From Octopus vulgaris (taxonomy: Eukaryota): 64,000 nucleotides of DNA. The DNA lies in NCBI GenBank assembly GCA_951406725.2, contig OX597814.1:115754001-115818000 (forward strand), in the 5' to 3' direction. Positions 24,128 to 38,690 of the stretch are shown piece by piece. Numbering within the stretch: position 1 is the stretch's first letter; the number at the start of each line of letters is the position of its first letter. The notes beneath the pieces were generated by a model. It had not been told where the DNA came from. It saw only the letters and a program-made list of their open reading frames with translations, and ran no database searches. Position numbers and translations under genes: made by a program.

Positions 24128-25676
24128 CTGTATGTAGAAAAACAAAAATGAACAGTGCCAGTTTCATAACATCAATCTTTAAGATTTGGTTTCCATGGAA
24201 ACATAGTATTCTACACATACACACACACGCACAGATATAATAGCTAAATTATTTTTTCTAAACGTATTTAAAATTTGTCATCATCATCATTTAATGTCTG
24301 CCTTCCATGCTGGCATGGGTTGGTCTGTCAATGCTTATCAAATCCTCATCACTATGTAAATTACAAAACATTTACAAAATGGTAAACTTAATTCAGTGGA
24401 CATATAAGTATAACAGGTTTTATGAGAATTTAAAAAAAAATTGGAATTGTAATAGTTTACTGCCTGATCATATTCTCTCCTTAATTTTTATTTTAATGCT
24501 TATCAATTATTTCCATGGTGAGCTAGAAGAATTGTTGACATCGAGCAAAATGCTTAGTGGCATTTCATTCTTTTTTACGTTCTGAGTTGAAACTCCAAGT
24601 TTGACTCGACCTTTCAACCTTTCAAGGTTAATAAATTAAATACCTATTTCTTTACTACCCAAAAGGGGCTAAACACAGAGGGGACAAACAAGGACAGACA
24701 TAGGTATTAAGTCGATTAGATCAACCCCAGTGCGTAACTGGTACCGAAACAATGAAAGGCAAAGTCGACCTTGGCGGAATTTGAACTCAGAACGTAGCGG
24801 CAGACAAAATACGGCTACACATTTCGCCCGGTGTGCTAACGTTTCTGCCAGCTCGCCGCCTTTACAATAAATTAAATACCAGTTGAGCACTGGGGTTGAC
24901 ATAATTGACTAGATCCCCCCCCCCGAAATTGCAGGCCTTGTACCAAAATTTGAAACCAGTTATTTCCATGAAACAAAGTACCATATTTAATAGCATATTA
25001 GATGCGTTTTTTCTCCAAATACATATTTCAAAAACTCACCCTGGGTCCTGTGGAGGACTCACAGTTGTAGGATTGCGGTTTCGATTCCCAGACCGGGCAT
25101 CGAAAATGTTTATTGAGCAAAAACACCTAAAGCTCCACGAGGCTCTGGCAGGGTGAACCCTACTGTACTCTTTCACCACAATTTTCTTCCTCTTTCTGTT
25201 GTACCTGTATTTCAAAGGGCCAGCTCTGTGACACTCTGTGTCACGCTGAATCTCCCCGAGGGTACATGTGTCTGTGGAGTGCTCAGCCACTTGCACATTA
25301 ATAAATGAGCTGCGACCTCACTGGTGCCAAGCTGTATCGGCCTTTGCCTTTCCCTTGGATAACATTGGTGGCGTGGAGAGGGGAGGCTGGTATGCGTGGG
25401 CAACTGCCGGTCTTCCATAAACAACCTTGCCCAGACTTGTACCTTGGAGGGTAACTTTCTAGGTGCAATCCCATAGTCATTCATGACCGAAGGGGGTCTC
25501 TACCCTGGGTCCTATATGCTAATTTTGTCCCTCACTCTTTTTTCCTGAATATATGCAGTTGAAATTGGGATGAGTCTAACATGTTTATACATTTTTTAAA
25601 AATAAAAATAAATTATGGTATATTTACACGCACGTAATAATTTTAGCGAAAGGTTAGAGAGAAACAAAAATCTTAC

Positions 25677-26046
25677 CGTGAACAGTTGCTGGAACTCCAA
25701 GCAAGCTTTCCCTCATGCTCTCTCCAACTGTCCATTCATTTGTATCAGTATCAAAGATCTCAACTGAATCAAGAGGCTTTTGAGTTTCAGAAACACCACC
25801 AAGCACAATGATTTTCTTTCCAACAGCGACCGCGGCAGCACCTGCTCTTTTAGTTGGAATGCCAGGGAGGGCTGTCCATGTATTGGCTTTCAAATCATAC
25901 ATCTCAAAGTTAGCTAGTGGCTTGCCACGCATATCACAACCTCCAATGACGTATAACTTGTCATTAAGAATAACAGGAGTTGCAAATACACGTTTTGATG
26001 GCATCGGGAGATGGATTTCCCATTGTCTTGGTTCTGTAGCTGCCAT
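25677..26046 (-). CDS. KLHDC8: Kelch domain-containing protein 8 homolog, coding exon 1 (370 nt)
   Basis: ATG at 26046. Kelch repeats (LYVIGGCD..., IIVLGG...W) closely resemble the vertebrate KLHDC8A/B N-terminus as I recall it. GTAAGA donor at 25676 (phase 1). A ttgcag acceptor at 26072-26073 implies an upstream non-coding exon. Confidence 0.93.
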
Positions 26047-27241
26047 GATTTATAAACAACAAACTAAATACCTGCAAGCAACAACAAGAAATATAACAGA
26101 ACTCATATAAAAATAGTCACCACAGGAGTTACACAACAGCCACCATTCATTATGATTTAAATTGCTAAACCCTTTCGTGACCAACCTGGCTGAAACCGGC
26201 TCTGGCTCTTTAGTATAAATGTCTTGTTTTCATAAGTTTTGAATTCAAATCTTCCACCAAATCTTAGTCACAATTTATGTTCTTAACATTAGGTCAATGA
26301 TAACAATGTTATTTTACTAAATTCTTTGTTATATTTAAATTGGAAGAAATATAGAGCATCTCAAAATAAACACAGTAATGAAAGGGTTAAAGACATTTTA
26401 AAAATCCACATAAATCTTTAAGTACATAAACACAAACATCAAGTCATTAAAAATGTCTGGCCTATTCATGGGATATTTGTGTGTTGTTGTTGTTAAGCAA
26501 CAAGACGGGTAAGGGTGATGGTCTAGGGCTTAGGGGCGGGAGACCCCAGATATTGGAAAAAAAAACAAAAACACTTTGGTTGTCTTGTTGTAGTCGAGGG
26601 CTCTTTGTTGACGTCCGACACCACTGGGAGGTGGCCCTCGAAGTCGCTGGAAATGGTGATCCCTAGGTCCAAATTCTTGGACAGCAGGATATTTGTGTGT
26701 GCATGTTCATTCCTTGAATGCAATGCTGAAGCCATGACTAAGCTAGCATGGGACTCACCTTTTGATTGCTAGATGTTGCAACTGAAATCTATTTTGCTTC
26801 TTTAACCCTTTGATTTGTAACCTGCCTGAGACCAACCCTAGTCCTATGATATAAAATACCTATTTTAAAGTGATCTAAATTAAAACCTTCCTTTAAAACT
26901 TCAAACCAATTTTAGCACACTGCACTTTCTCTAGAAATGATTTTCATACCACTGCCCTGTTACAGAGGAGATAACTCATACGGTGACATAATGCATCTAC
27001 AGGGTGCTGAAGGTTAATTTATGTTCCAAACACTAGCTTAACATTTCAGCATTTAATATTCTACCTGTTTTATGTTCAAACTGGCCAGACATGGCCTCTC
27101 ACACCCATCCTACAATGTAATTCTCAAAAGAAACAATCACATCATTGAAATCCCCAAACTATGAGATAATGCATGATTAATTCAAAACAATGTGAATACA
27201 TAAGGATTACAAGTTAAGATCACTGCCATGAATTCATTGAT

Positions 27242-27534
27242 GGAGGCACATGGCCTAGTGGTTAGAGCAGCGAACTCGCAGTCGAGGGGTCGTGGGTTTG
27301 AATCTCAGACCGGGCGATGTGTATGTTTATGAGCGAAACACCTAAGCTCCACGCAGCTCTGGCAGAAGATAATGGCGAACTTCTGCTGACGTTTTTGCCA
27401 CAACTTTCTCTCACTCTTTCCTCCTGCATCTTGCAGTTCACCTGCGACGAACCAGCGTCCCATCCAGGTGGGGAACTTATACGCCAAGGAAACCGGCCCT
27501 TATGAGCCAGGCATGGCTCGAGAAGGAACAACAT
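27242..27534 (+). mobile_element. tRNA-derived SINE (family with AAACACCTAAGCTCCACG body); related 14354-14728, 18297-18527(-), 38866-39147(-)
   Basis: A/B-box head GGAGGCACATGGCCTAGTGGTTAG...GGTTTGAATC, with an ATTCATTG duplication on both flanks. Confidence 0.8.
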
Positions 27535-28186
27535 CAATTCATTGCCGCAGAGTTCACCGCCATTAATTCCCCATGAAGAAAGTTCACCATGAACTTTAGA
27601 ATTTGAAAATAAAGTCTTCTTTCAATTATTTTACTGTGAACTTATCTCTGTCTAAACTTTCTTATGGTGAACTTTCCCGGCAGTGAATTGATGATGGTGA
27701 TCTTACCAGACATGACACTTAAGCACCACATTTGGCAGAGTAATCTGAATGCTAAAGGGTTAATAATGGCAGTTCATCATCGTTTAATGTCCACTTTCCA
27801 TGCTAGTATGGGTTGGATGATTTGACTGAGGACTGGCGAACCAGATGGCTGCACCAAGCTCCAATCTGATCTGGCAGAGTTTCTGCAGCTGGATGCCCTT
27901 CCTAATACCAACCACTCCGAAAGTGTAGTGGGTACCTTTACATGCCACCGGCATGAGGGCCAGTCTGGCGGTACTGGAAACAGCCACACTCGAAATGGTG
28001 TTTTTTACGTGCCACCTGCACAGGAGTCAGTCCAACGGTACTGGCAACGACCATGCTTGAATGTTTTGTTCACGTGCCAGTAAGGTGATGCTGGTAACAA
28101 TCACGCTCAAATGGTGCTTTTTACATGCCACCGGCACGGAAGCCAGACAGCTGCTCTGGCAGTGATTCCGCTTGGATGGAGCTTAA

Positions 28187-29250
28187 CCCTTTCGTTACTA
28201 TATTTCTGACCAAAATACACCCCTTATGTGTTTCAATTAATTTCTAACATAATCATAAATTTAGTCTGGTTTCATTAAACAACTATAACTTTTTTATTTA
28301 TCAATATATTAACGTGAATTTTGGAAGATAATTTAATGAAATGTTCTCAACCAATTCTATACTATAATTTTTGTCACAAAGTGACTCTAATTGCAGGTAG
28401 ATACAGGTAAATTCAACAAAATATAAAATTATTAAAATTTTGTTCAAACATCGCTATAGAAAATGGGTTATTAGCTAGTATTCAATTGGGTATACAACAA
28501 AATTTTATGATAGAATTTGTTATTCTGGGTAACTTTCTGATACCCATAATAATATTTATGGCAAAATAGTCTTAATTTCATTTAAGGTTGTGGGAAACCA
28601 CTAACAATCCTTTCTTTCGTTTTGTTTACATTTAGCGTAACGGTTCGTTTCTGCCGTAATGATTTCAAATAGGCTCATTCGAAAAAGTAAAAAGAAATAG
28701 TCTAAGGCTTTACTCTTCTGGGAAAGTCTGTGGCTTGGTCCAGTTTCTTCAGAAAAATCACTGAAAGAAACAGTTTTTAAATTTTCACTCCATTCAGGTG
28801 CCAATTCATTTTCTTTATCGCTGTCGGAGCTCTCGGATTCACTGTTTTCACTTTCGGAAAATGAAACATCAGATTCATTATCAAATAACATGCTTTTTTT
28901 TCAGTCATAGAGTTAGATTTATGAAGGTCTTCAGTAGAAAATCCTTCGAATTCTGACTCGCTGCTTGATATAATGAAATTCGTATCCATTTTTTTGTCAG
29001 AATTACAAATTTTGAAAACACAATAGGAACAAATTTCGGAAAAAAATCTCCCAAAATTCACGGAATTAAAATTACACTTCGATTTTTGTACAAAACTGTA
29101 GTTGAACTCTTTACGAAGTGTAATACGTATTTTCACGAATGTACTAAAGAGATTTGCTCTGATATTCTCATTTAAATATGAATAGGTAAATTCGAGCGGC
29201 TTTGGTCACATTAACCAAAATTTTTTTCGGGCGGTTTGGTAACGAAAGGG
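28187..29250 (-). mobile_element. Internally deleted piggyBac element with transposase N-terminal remnant
   Basis: TTAA TSD on both sides and TIR CCCTTTCGTTAC. Acidic N-terminus from ATG 28989 (frameshifted), then ALDYFFLLF...IITAETNRYA. Confidence 0.88.
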
Positions 29251-32200
29251 TTAAATTCCACATTATTTTCAAAACTGGGTGCACCTTGACATAACTTCCC
29301 CACCAGCCTCTTTTTCAAATGGGGTAACCATATATATCCCTACAGCAACACAGCTATTGCTGTCTTTCAATCATAGTTTAGCATCTCTACACCTGGCATA
29401 AAGTCACATCCCTCCACTCGGTTGAATGGGGGTGGGGGTTCTCGTCTTGCGAGTTACATGATGACTTCAGTGTCACATAAAAGGCATCCAGTCCAAGGCA
29501 GTAAGCTGGCAGAAATGTTAGTACACTGGACAAAATGCTTAGCAGTATTTCATCTGTCTTTACATTCTGAGTTCAAATTCCATCGAGGTTGACTTTGCCT
29601 TTCATCATCTCGGGGTCAATAAATTAAGTACCAGTTGCATACTGGGGTCGATCTAATCGACTAGCACCCTTCCCCAAAATTTCAGGTCTTGTGCCTATGG
29701 TAGAAAAGAATATCTTCAATATGTTTTAAGGTGGCGAGCTGGCAGAAACATTAGCATGCTGGGCGAAATGCTTAGCAGTATTTCGTCTGTCTTTGCGTTC
29801 TGAGTTCAAATTCCACTGAGGTAGACTTTGCCTTTCATCCTTTCTAGCTCAATAAATTAGGTACCCGTTGCATACTGGGGTCGATCTAATCAACTGCTCC
29901 CCCATCACTCCCCCAAAATGTCAGGCCTTGCGCCTAGAGTAAAGAAAAGGCACCCAGTCCACTCTATAAAATGGTTGGCATTAGGAAAGGCATCCAGCCA
30001 AAGCAGACACTGGAATCTAGTACAGTCTTCTGGTTCACCAGCTCCCCTCAAATTGTCCAACTCATGCCAGCACGGAAAACAAACATTAAATCAGTGGTTC
30101 TCAAAGTGGGTGATACTGCAAAGATCCAGAAGGGTGTTGAAGAAAAGTTGGGCAATAATATGAGGGGGGGGGGAGTGCCAAAATGGGACGATGGATGTAA
30201 AAACAACAAAATAAAGGGTTCATTTGGTTAAGTTTTCTTTGTGAAATACAGTTGCTTTGAATTGGCTGCAGAAAGTGGTCTACATTTGAGGTGGTGTGTG
30301 TGGGGGACGGGCCGATAGGAATGTGTCCTGGGTGCCAAGGGCGTGGCAGCCCGAAAAAGTTTCGGAACCCCTGCATCAGATCTGATGGTTAATCAAGGCT
30401 CGTTAATAATTTTGTGCAAGATTTACTTTGAAATTGTTGCCAGAGCAACAAGCTGGCCTTCGTGCCGATGGCACGTTTAAGCACACTATTTGAGCGTGAT
30501 CGTTACCGCATTGCCTTACTAGCACTTGTGCTGGTGGCAAGTGAACATTCAAGCGAGGTCATCGCCAGTGCTGCTGGACTGGCTCCTGTGCCGGTGGCAC
30601 TTAAAAAGCATCATTTGGGCGTGGCAGTTGCCAGTACCACCAAACTGGCCCTCGTGCCAGTGGCACGTAAAAGCACCCACTACACTCTCAGAGTGGTTGG
30701 TGTTAGGAAGGGCATCCAGCTGTAGAAACTCTGCCAGATCAGATTGGAGTCTGGTTTGCCAAACCTCAGTCAAATCATCCAACCCATGCTAGCATGGAAA
30801 GCGGACATTAAATGATGATGATGATGGAAGGGCAGTGGTGGGGGAGGAGGGATCGTTAAGTTGTTTAGGCCTCAGTCTGCCCCCTTAAGTGGTTTAGGCC
30901 TCAGTCTGCCCCGATCCAGCTGGCCTAATAACTAAATAATAACCATGGTGATGATGATGAATTGAAACAAGGCGATGTAATTTCGGCAGGAACATGGTAA
31001 CTAAAGAGTTAAGTCATTACTTAACTACTACTTAAACTACCATTCCATTTGCTCCACTTTACAACACAACAGAGTTAACTCTTTTGTCACTGCATTTATT
31101 TTGAGATGCTCTGTGTTTCTTTCAATTACTTTAAATACAACAAAGAATTTAGTAAAATCACTTAGTTGTCATTCAGCTGGTTTTAGAAACATAAATTGTG
31201 ACTAAGGTTTGGTGGAAGATTTTAATTCAAAACTTATATAAACAAGACATTAGTTCTCAGAGCCAGAGCTGGTTTCAGCCAGGTTGGTAATGAAAGGGTT
31301 AAATTTATTTCACTTATTCAAATGTTACAGAAGGCTCAGTTTAAAAAAAAAAAAAATATCAAGATAAAATTTGAAAGTGTAGATTTATAAACTTCTTAAC
31401 AGTTTTAGTAAAATTACAAACTAGGGATGGTCTAAATCATTGAAACTAGAAACATACCAACAGCTATCTTTTCAATCAAATTACATTAGTTTTTGACATA
31501 CCACAGCAGGGGTGGGGGTGGGGGTGTTGTGTAAAATGTTTTTGCTTTCTTTTCTCTAATTTTTTAAATTTCTAAATACAGTTATTTTGAACAATGGTGA
31601 CTTGTGTATTTCTCATTCTGTTTAAATGTCATTCCTCACAATTATATCCAGCAGTGACTTACTAGCTGAGGAATTCCACAGATTTCTGTCTAATCCCACT
31701 ATATACCCTGGGTATGTTTAAGCAAACTTACTTATATAATTAGCTGTGTAAAATGGCGTTCAGATCTGATGATTAATCAAGGCTCGTCGTTAACAATTTT
31801 ATGCAAGATTTACTTTGAAACTAAGTGGAGGGGCGGGGGAAGGGAACATGAAGTTGTTCTTGTTGTGACTTAGGCATCACTCTGTTCCGATCCAACTGGC
31901 CTAATAACCAAAACCATTCAACCATAACCATCCCCTCGTTTTCCTTCAGTCAAAGGCACAAGCATGACAGTTAAAAAGTTTGCACCTTGGGCAAGTGTCT
32001 TTTATTATAGCTCCAGGCCAATTTATGCTTGGCAAATAAAGAAACTGTGAGGTAACCTGTCTCACAGCCATACATTTGTGTCACGTTCCTGTAACTTAGC
32101 AGTTTGGCAAAAAGACAGAATAAGTGCCATTCTAAAAAAAATGTACTGAGGCTGAGTTGATTGATAAACCATTCGAGGTGCACCAGTACGGCCTCAACCC

Positions 32201-32452
32201 AGTGACTGAGTCAAATAAAAGAATAAAGGAATAGTGTATCTCATACCGAGTCACCTAGTATGTTAAGCTGGTAAGGTGTGATTTAAGGAAACTAGTTTCC
32301 ATTTAAAATATCATATGATAATGAACTTGTTAATGACTGTATATACATATTTCAAGAATTATTGCTCTTTCATCAGTACCACATCCAACCCACCAACTAT
32401 CCACTAAGTTTAGCGGTGTAACATTATTGGATAATATAGTGCTCAGGTGCAC

Positions 32453-32669
32453 TGAGGAGGTGTTGAAAAGTTCCTGGCTTTGGGTAAAAGAAAATGCAGG
32501 GGGATCAGTAAATTATGATTTTATTCAACATATTCCTCTCTCAGATTCACACACTTATTGCTGTGGTTCTTCATTTTTTCTAAGACCTGTAAAAGAACTT
32601 GGAAGGCTAGGCCTCCAACCAGGCCTTTCGTGATATCCTTAAAGCCAGGAACCTTTCAGCATCTCCTCA
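32453..32669. mobile_element. mariner-type MITE
   Basis: ~29-bp TIR TGAGGAGGTGTTGAAAAGTTCCTGGCTTT / AAAGCCAGGAACCTTTCAGCATCTCCTCA. Confidence 0.7.
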
Positions 32670-34426
32670 CATAACTAATTAGGCAAAGTAACCAAAAATG
32701 CATGATCAATACATAGAATGTGCACAGGAAGTGAACAGTACTCTTTTACTTGTTTCAGTCATTTGACTGCGGCCATGCTGGAGCACCGCCTTTAGTCGAG
32801 CAAATCGACCCCAGGACTTATTCTTTGTAGGCTATAGTAGAAGACACTTGCCCAAGGTGCTACGCAGTGAGGACTGAACCCCGAACCAAGCGGTTGGTAA
32901 GCAAGCTATTTACCACACATCCACTCCTGTGCCTAAATGAGATAATTAAAATAAAGGGTGGTGGTGGGGGACATCAAGTGTACTGTTGGTGAATTTCAAG
33001 AAACAATGATGTTTTGAAGGATGTGGTGCCCTGACAGCTAACAACTGATGCATGTTATTTATTCCATGCTTCAGTAATTCTGAGCATGAAAAAATGTTTC
33101 TGAAAAAAATGGGTGCCATGGTGTTTGCTAATTTTGCAACACGACCAGTCTCAGAGTTGTGGGCACTGCCCTTCCTCCCGACAGGGCTATTAGAAAAACA
33201 AAAAAGTAAAATACACACACACAAGAAGCTACTGTAGTAGAATGAGAGTTAATATATGTAACCCTTAAGGCAGTGAGCTAACAGAATCATTAGGACCCCA
33301 TTTAAGGCGGCAAGCTGGCAGAATTGTTAGCACACCGGGCGAAATGCTTAGCAGTATTTTGTCTGCTGCTACGTTCTGAGTTCAAATTCTGCCAAGGTCG
33401 ACTTTGCCTTTCATCCTTTCGGGGTCAATTAAATAAGTACCAGTTATGCCCTGGGGTCGATATAATCGACTTAATCCATTTGTCTGTCCTTGTTTGTCCC
33501 CTCTGTGTGTAGCCCCTTGTGGATAGTAAAGAAATAAGAAACATTAGGACACCAGGCAAAATGCCTCGCAGCATTTTGTCTGTCTTTGCATTCTGAGTTC
33601 AAATTCCACTGAGGTTGGCTTTATGTTCCATCCTTTGGGAGTTAAAATAAGTACCAGTTGAACACTAGTATTGATGTAATTGACTTAGCCCCTCCCCCAA
33701 AGTTGCTGGCCTTGTACCAAATTTTGATACCAACCAGGCTGGGACCATTCCTGGTTCTATGATACAAACCTCTTGTTTTAAAGTGGTCTAAATTAAAACC
33801 TTTTATTAAAATTTCAAGCTAATTGGTTTCAGACACCAGCTTAATAACAGCCAAGTGTGTTTTACTAAATTCTTCATTAGTTTCAAAATTAAATGAAACA
33901 AAGGCAGAGTATTTCAAGAGAAATACAGAAGGATTAAATGAAGAGAGAATCAATTAGATAATTAGTAATAATTAGATGATGGTAAGTTGACAACTTCGAG
34001 CAGAAAAAAATGAAGCAGTTGTTAGTATTAACCCTTTGGTTACTTGATTTCTGTTCAAATACAATGCCTTTCAGCATCATTATCTACAATAATAATACTC
34101 TTGTATTTTTTTCCATCACAACATATGAATGAGAAAGGAAGGGAGGGGTGAAAAAAAATCAAGCATTTCAATTCTGTGTGGGTATATGTTTGTGTATGTA
34201 AATGTGTGTGTGTGTAATGGAAGTGTATACTCTCTCTTTAACTTGTTTCAATCATTTGACTGCAGCCATGCTGGAGCACCGCCTTTAGTCGAGCAAATCG
34301 ACCCCAGGATTTATTCTTTGTAAGCCTAGTACTTATTCTATCGGTCTCTTTTGCCGAACCCCTAAGTTACGGTGACGTAAACACACTAGCATCGGTTGTC
34401 AAGCAATGTTGGTGGGACAAACACAG

Positions 34427-34457
<31 letters not shown>

Positions 34458-35999
34458 CGACGGGCTTCTTTCAGTTTTGGTCTACCAAATCTACTCAGAA
34501 GGCTTTGGTCGGCCTGAGGCTATAGTAGAAGACACTTGCCCAAGGTGCCACACAGTGGGACTGAACCTGGAACCATGTGGTTGGTAAGCAAGCTACTTAC
34601 CACACAGCCACTCCCACGCCTATGTATGTGTGTGCATGTACAAGGGAAGTATGTGAATGTTTGTATGTGTGAACTAACGTTCTTTCAGCAACAAACGATG
34701 ATTGATGTCACATCTCAAAAGACAACCACTAAACAACATTGACAAGTGTATTAATTTTACCATCCATAATTATATATAAAATACTACAATTAGCCATCAT
34801 TTTTTATGACACGAGGCCAGCTAGTTTAACATAAAAAGCACCTGTGCTGGTGCCATGTAAAAAGTCACTGTGCTAGAGTCACATAGGAAGCAGCCATGCT
34901 GATGTCACATAAAAAAAAACCCAGGCTGATGTCATATAAAAAGCACCTGTGCTGGACTCACCGAACAAGCATCTGTGCTGGTGCCACACACCACATAAAA
35001 AGCACCTGTGCTGGAGTCATATATGAAGCACCTCAGCTGGTGCCACATAAAAAGCACCTGTGCTGGAGTCATATATGAAGCACCCAGGCTGATGTCACGT
35101 AAAAAGCACCTGTGCAGGTGTCATGTACAAAGCACCCAGTAAACTGGTTGGCATCAGGAAGTGCATCCAGCTGTAGAAACCTTGCTAAAACAGACAAGTG
35201 GAACCTGGTGCAGCTCTCCCACTTACCAGCTCCTGTCAAGCTATCCAACCCTTGCCAGCATGGAAAACAGATGTTGGATGATGATGGTCCATGCAAGCAT
35301 AGGTTGGATAGTTTGATGGACAGTTTGACAGGATCCAATGGATCTAAGGATGCCATTGTATTCCAATGTCCGTTTTGGTATCATTTCTACAGTTGCATAC
35401 TTACCTAAAGCCAACCATTTTCTAGTGTATACTAGGGTGTTTATTCTACTATAGCCTCAGGCCAACAAAAGCCTTGTGAGTGGATTTGGTCGAGGGAGAC
35501 TGAAAGAAGCTCATTGTATATCCATCGTTTTCATGCCACCCTAATGAGGTCACTGTGCAGCTCACAGGACTATGAACCCAGAGGATGGGGAGGGAGGCAT
35601 TATACCAAGTGGGGATGGGTTAAAGTATGGGAGAAGGAAGAAGAGTAAGTTTTTTTCAGTGTAGGGACACCACATAGCTGCTCACACTTACAAGAGAGGG
35701 TGAGAATGATCTGCAAGAGCTACAAAAAGATAAAGAGTCATGGCAAGGAGTACAGGTGGTCCCTCAGAGTAGGAACTGATAAGAAGTGAGTGGGAACTAT
35801 TGATGAAATTATGTTTTGGGGACAAGTGCAGGCATGGCTGAGTGGTAAGAAGCTTGCTTCCCAACCACATGGTTCTGGGTTCAGTGCCACTGCATGTGAC
35901 CTTGGGCAAGTATATTCTACTATAGCCTCAGGCCAACAAAAGCCTTGTGAGTGGATTTGGTCGATGGAGACTGAAAGAAGCCCATCGTATATCCATCAT

Positions 36000-36296
36000 C
36001 TATCATTTCGAATCTGGGTTTTGTCCCCATTAACGAGGGTGGCTGGATCTAGCTTGATGCCATAGCGACCACCCTCACACCAGCTTGCCTGGTTTGGGGC
36101 ATCCTCCCAATTTCCTCTTCCACCTGTCCCCTCTACATTTTCCTTGGTCTACATTGATTTCACTGTTCTTTTACTCGAAACTCTAGCACCCTCTTCAGAA
36201 CATGCTCCTCATCCCTCCTCAACACATGCCAATACCACTGCACTCCATTTGCCTTTGCCAGCTGTTCCACTGATTCCTCCAACCCCAGCATCCCCA
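36000..36296 (-). mobile_element. Degenerate RTE-like LINE 3' fragment
   Basis: MLGLEESVEQLAKANGVQWYWHVLRRDEEHVLKRVLEF resembles the RTE C-terminal motif RW.GHV.R. Confidence 0.7.
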
Positions 36297-36298
36297 AA

Positions 36299-36329
<31 letters not shown>

Positions 36330-37593
36330 CTCTGTGTTTGTTCCCTACCATCATTTGGCAACTGTTATTGGTCTGTTTACATCTCAGTAACTTAGTGGTT
36401 TGACAAAAGAGACCAATGAAGTAAGTACCAAGCTCAAAGAAACAAAAAGCAAGCAAACTGGGGTCAATTCACTTGATTAAGATTCTTCGGATGATGCCCC
36501 AGCATGGCCAGAACAGAAACAAGTAAACGATTAAAAAAGAGATAAATTTAACAGTTTTGAATGTTTTAATTTAGATTACTTTAAAACATGATGTTTGCAT
36601 CATAGAAGCTTTGTCTTGGCTAGAATTAAATTAATATATGCACTTGAAATGGAATAAAATAATGATGAGTATAACATTTATAATGGACATATATACGAAA
36701 ACAGAATGGCCTAAGATGTAATATCTAGTCTCAGAGAAACTTCTTGTAGAGACTTGTGAGTTAAAATAACCTCACAGAACCCATTCGGAATGTCATTTGG
36801 TGGATGGTCACACACAGTGTTTATGTAGTTGTTCGTGTTACTTAGCCCTAGACCAACTATAATTGATGATAGTGTCTTTCATTCTTCCAATAACTCGCAT
36901 TTCTCGACCCCCCCCCACATAGTAAATATCTTTTGTGATAAGAACGTATCTTATTATGATATGATTCTTATTTATTCCCTAATGTATTTCTCATCAAATA
37001 TCTTTATGTATATATATATATATATATTGTACAAGCAGGTTAGTAAGCAAAGGATCAAACTGTGTTAATAGTGTCTCAAAGATTGTGGGACATTATACTA
37101 ACAACTAATGCAACCATATCTTTTATTGAGGGCTCAAAGTTCACGGAACACATGGAGTTGATGGTTTTTGATTAGCTTAGCAACGATAGCAATATTTTAT
37201 CAACTAGGAAGGTTTAAAATTACAAATTAAAGCTGAAGAGCATTGATAAAAAGAATAATTAGATTTTAAATTTTTAATTGAGGGTGTTGTCATTACAAAA
37301 AAGGTTGGTAAAAGGAAAAAAAAAAGTGGGGAACGATAGAATTGTACAATTTTGTTGCTGTTGTTTTAACTCCAGGTCAGCTCTGATGGAGCAGACCTAT
37401 AATCATAGGCATTCCAAGCATGACCAACTTGTCTTGATATATAGTGTGTCTAGGATCACATTATACAAGGTATCTTCCTATTTCTAAAACAGTAGGGTTT
37501 GATTTGAAGAAGATTTGGCTGATATTTATAGCATGGGAAGTGATGATGTAGAGTAGTGATTCTCAACCATTTTTTCCCCCTATGGACCCCTTT

Positions 37594-38690
37594 GAATGGC
37601 CAAAGAGGAAAGTGTCTGCCTTCAGCCCTTTCAGTCTGGTCCACCACACAACCTCTTTCACTACAGGCAAAGGAAAACAGCTAGGCCTTCTTGGCCAAAG
37701 GAAGGCAGTGGGACCATTTTCCCAATGACCTCAGCTGATAGCCGGATTCATCCCACACGTGACAGCAGGGGTTCAACATAAACCCACAAGTCAGAAATAC
37801 TTGGGCACTGGACAAGAATATGGAGAACAGTGTGGATGATTGCACTTCCATGGTCGTAGGGTTTATCTTGAACAGGCAGTGCCCCACAGTAGGACTGCCA
37901 GGCCAAGGATTTCTGGAAATTATCCATAGGCCCCGGCCCAAAAGTTCCCCGGAACAAACCAGCCAACTCATTCTTGTCGACACCCAGGGTCTCCCTGAGA
38001 ATGTCATTGCACTTACCCACCACTAACCCTCTACAGAAAGCTATAGTGGAACTTCCACTGATCGCATTGCCTAACTGGCAGAGGAGTGTGAGCGCCTGGC
38101 AACACTAGGTGCTAGTTGTCTTTCCTCGGTCTATGTTTGATCCAGGACTACAGCTCAGTCAAAGAGATGAGCTGTGAGAAACTGCATCTAACACACAGCA
38201 ACCACGCTTGCTCACCATCTAGGAAATGCTGGAGATACTGCAGCCTCAGTGCATGTCTGCACATCAGTAGTCATGGCATACACAGCAAATGGAGCGCATC
38301 CCTTCCACAGAAAGCAGAAGAACCAGAACAGGGTATGACGGTGAGGCAGTAATAGATGATGGATGTGATGCATGCATTCGCCACTTCTGCCTGACCTTTC
38401 AGGGATAGCTTTCTCTCAGCCCATTTCTAAGTGATATTGGCCACCCTGTCGCCACCTGGTCCTAGTTCTTCACCTAGAAAGCTGGACTGAACCAGCACCC
38501 AGGGTAATTTAACCAGTCCTTCCATCCAGTGTCCCACAACACTGTTGGAAGGCATGGATCTGCCTCTCCAGGCACCAAGTTGCAGGCCCACTGACTTCTG
38601 TTTAAATTTCACTTCTATCACAACCTTGTATTCTTTTAGAGAAGTGCCAACCAGGTCTATGTGCCTGGTGTTCAAACACTATGACGGTAA
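37594..38690 (-). mobile_element. Degenerate L1/Tx1-like LINE ORF2 fragment
   Basis: KWAERKLSLKGQAEVANACITSIIYYCLT near 38340-38425, and a zinc-knuckle-like TVLHILVQCP..SDLW near 37790-37830. Many stops and frameshifts. Confidence 0.75.

Noticed and set aside
27242-27315. Apparent tRNA genes at SINE 5' ends
   Set aside because: They are SINE heads continuous with repeat bodies and lack intact cloverleafs.
34830-35130. CRISPR-like array of ~21-bp AAAAGCACCTGTGCTGG units
   Set aside because: Head-to-tail minisatellite without unique spacers, inside a retroposon family. Eukaryotic context and no cas genes.
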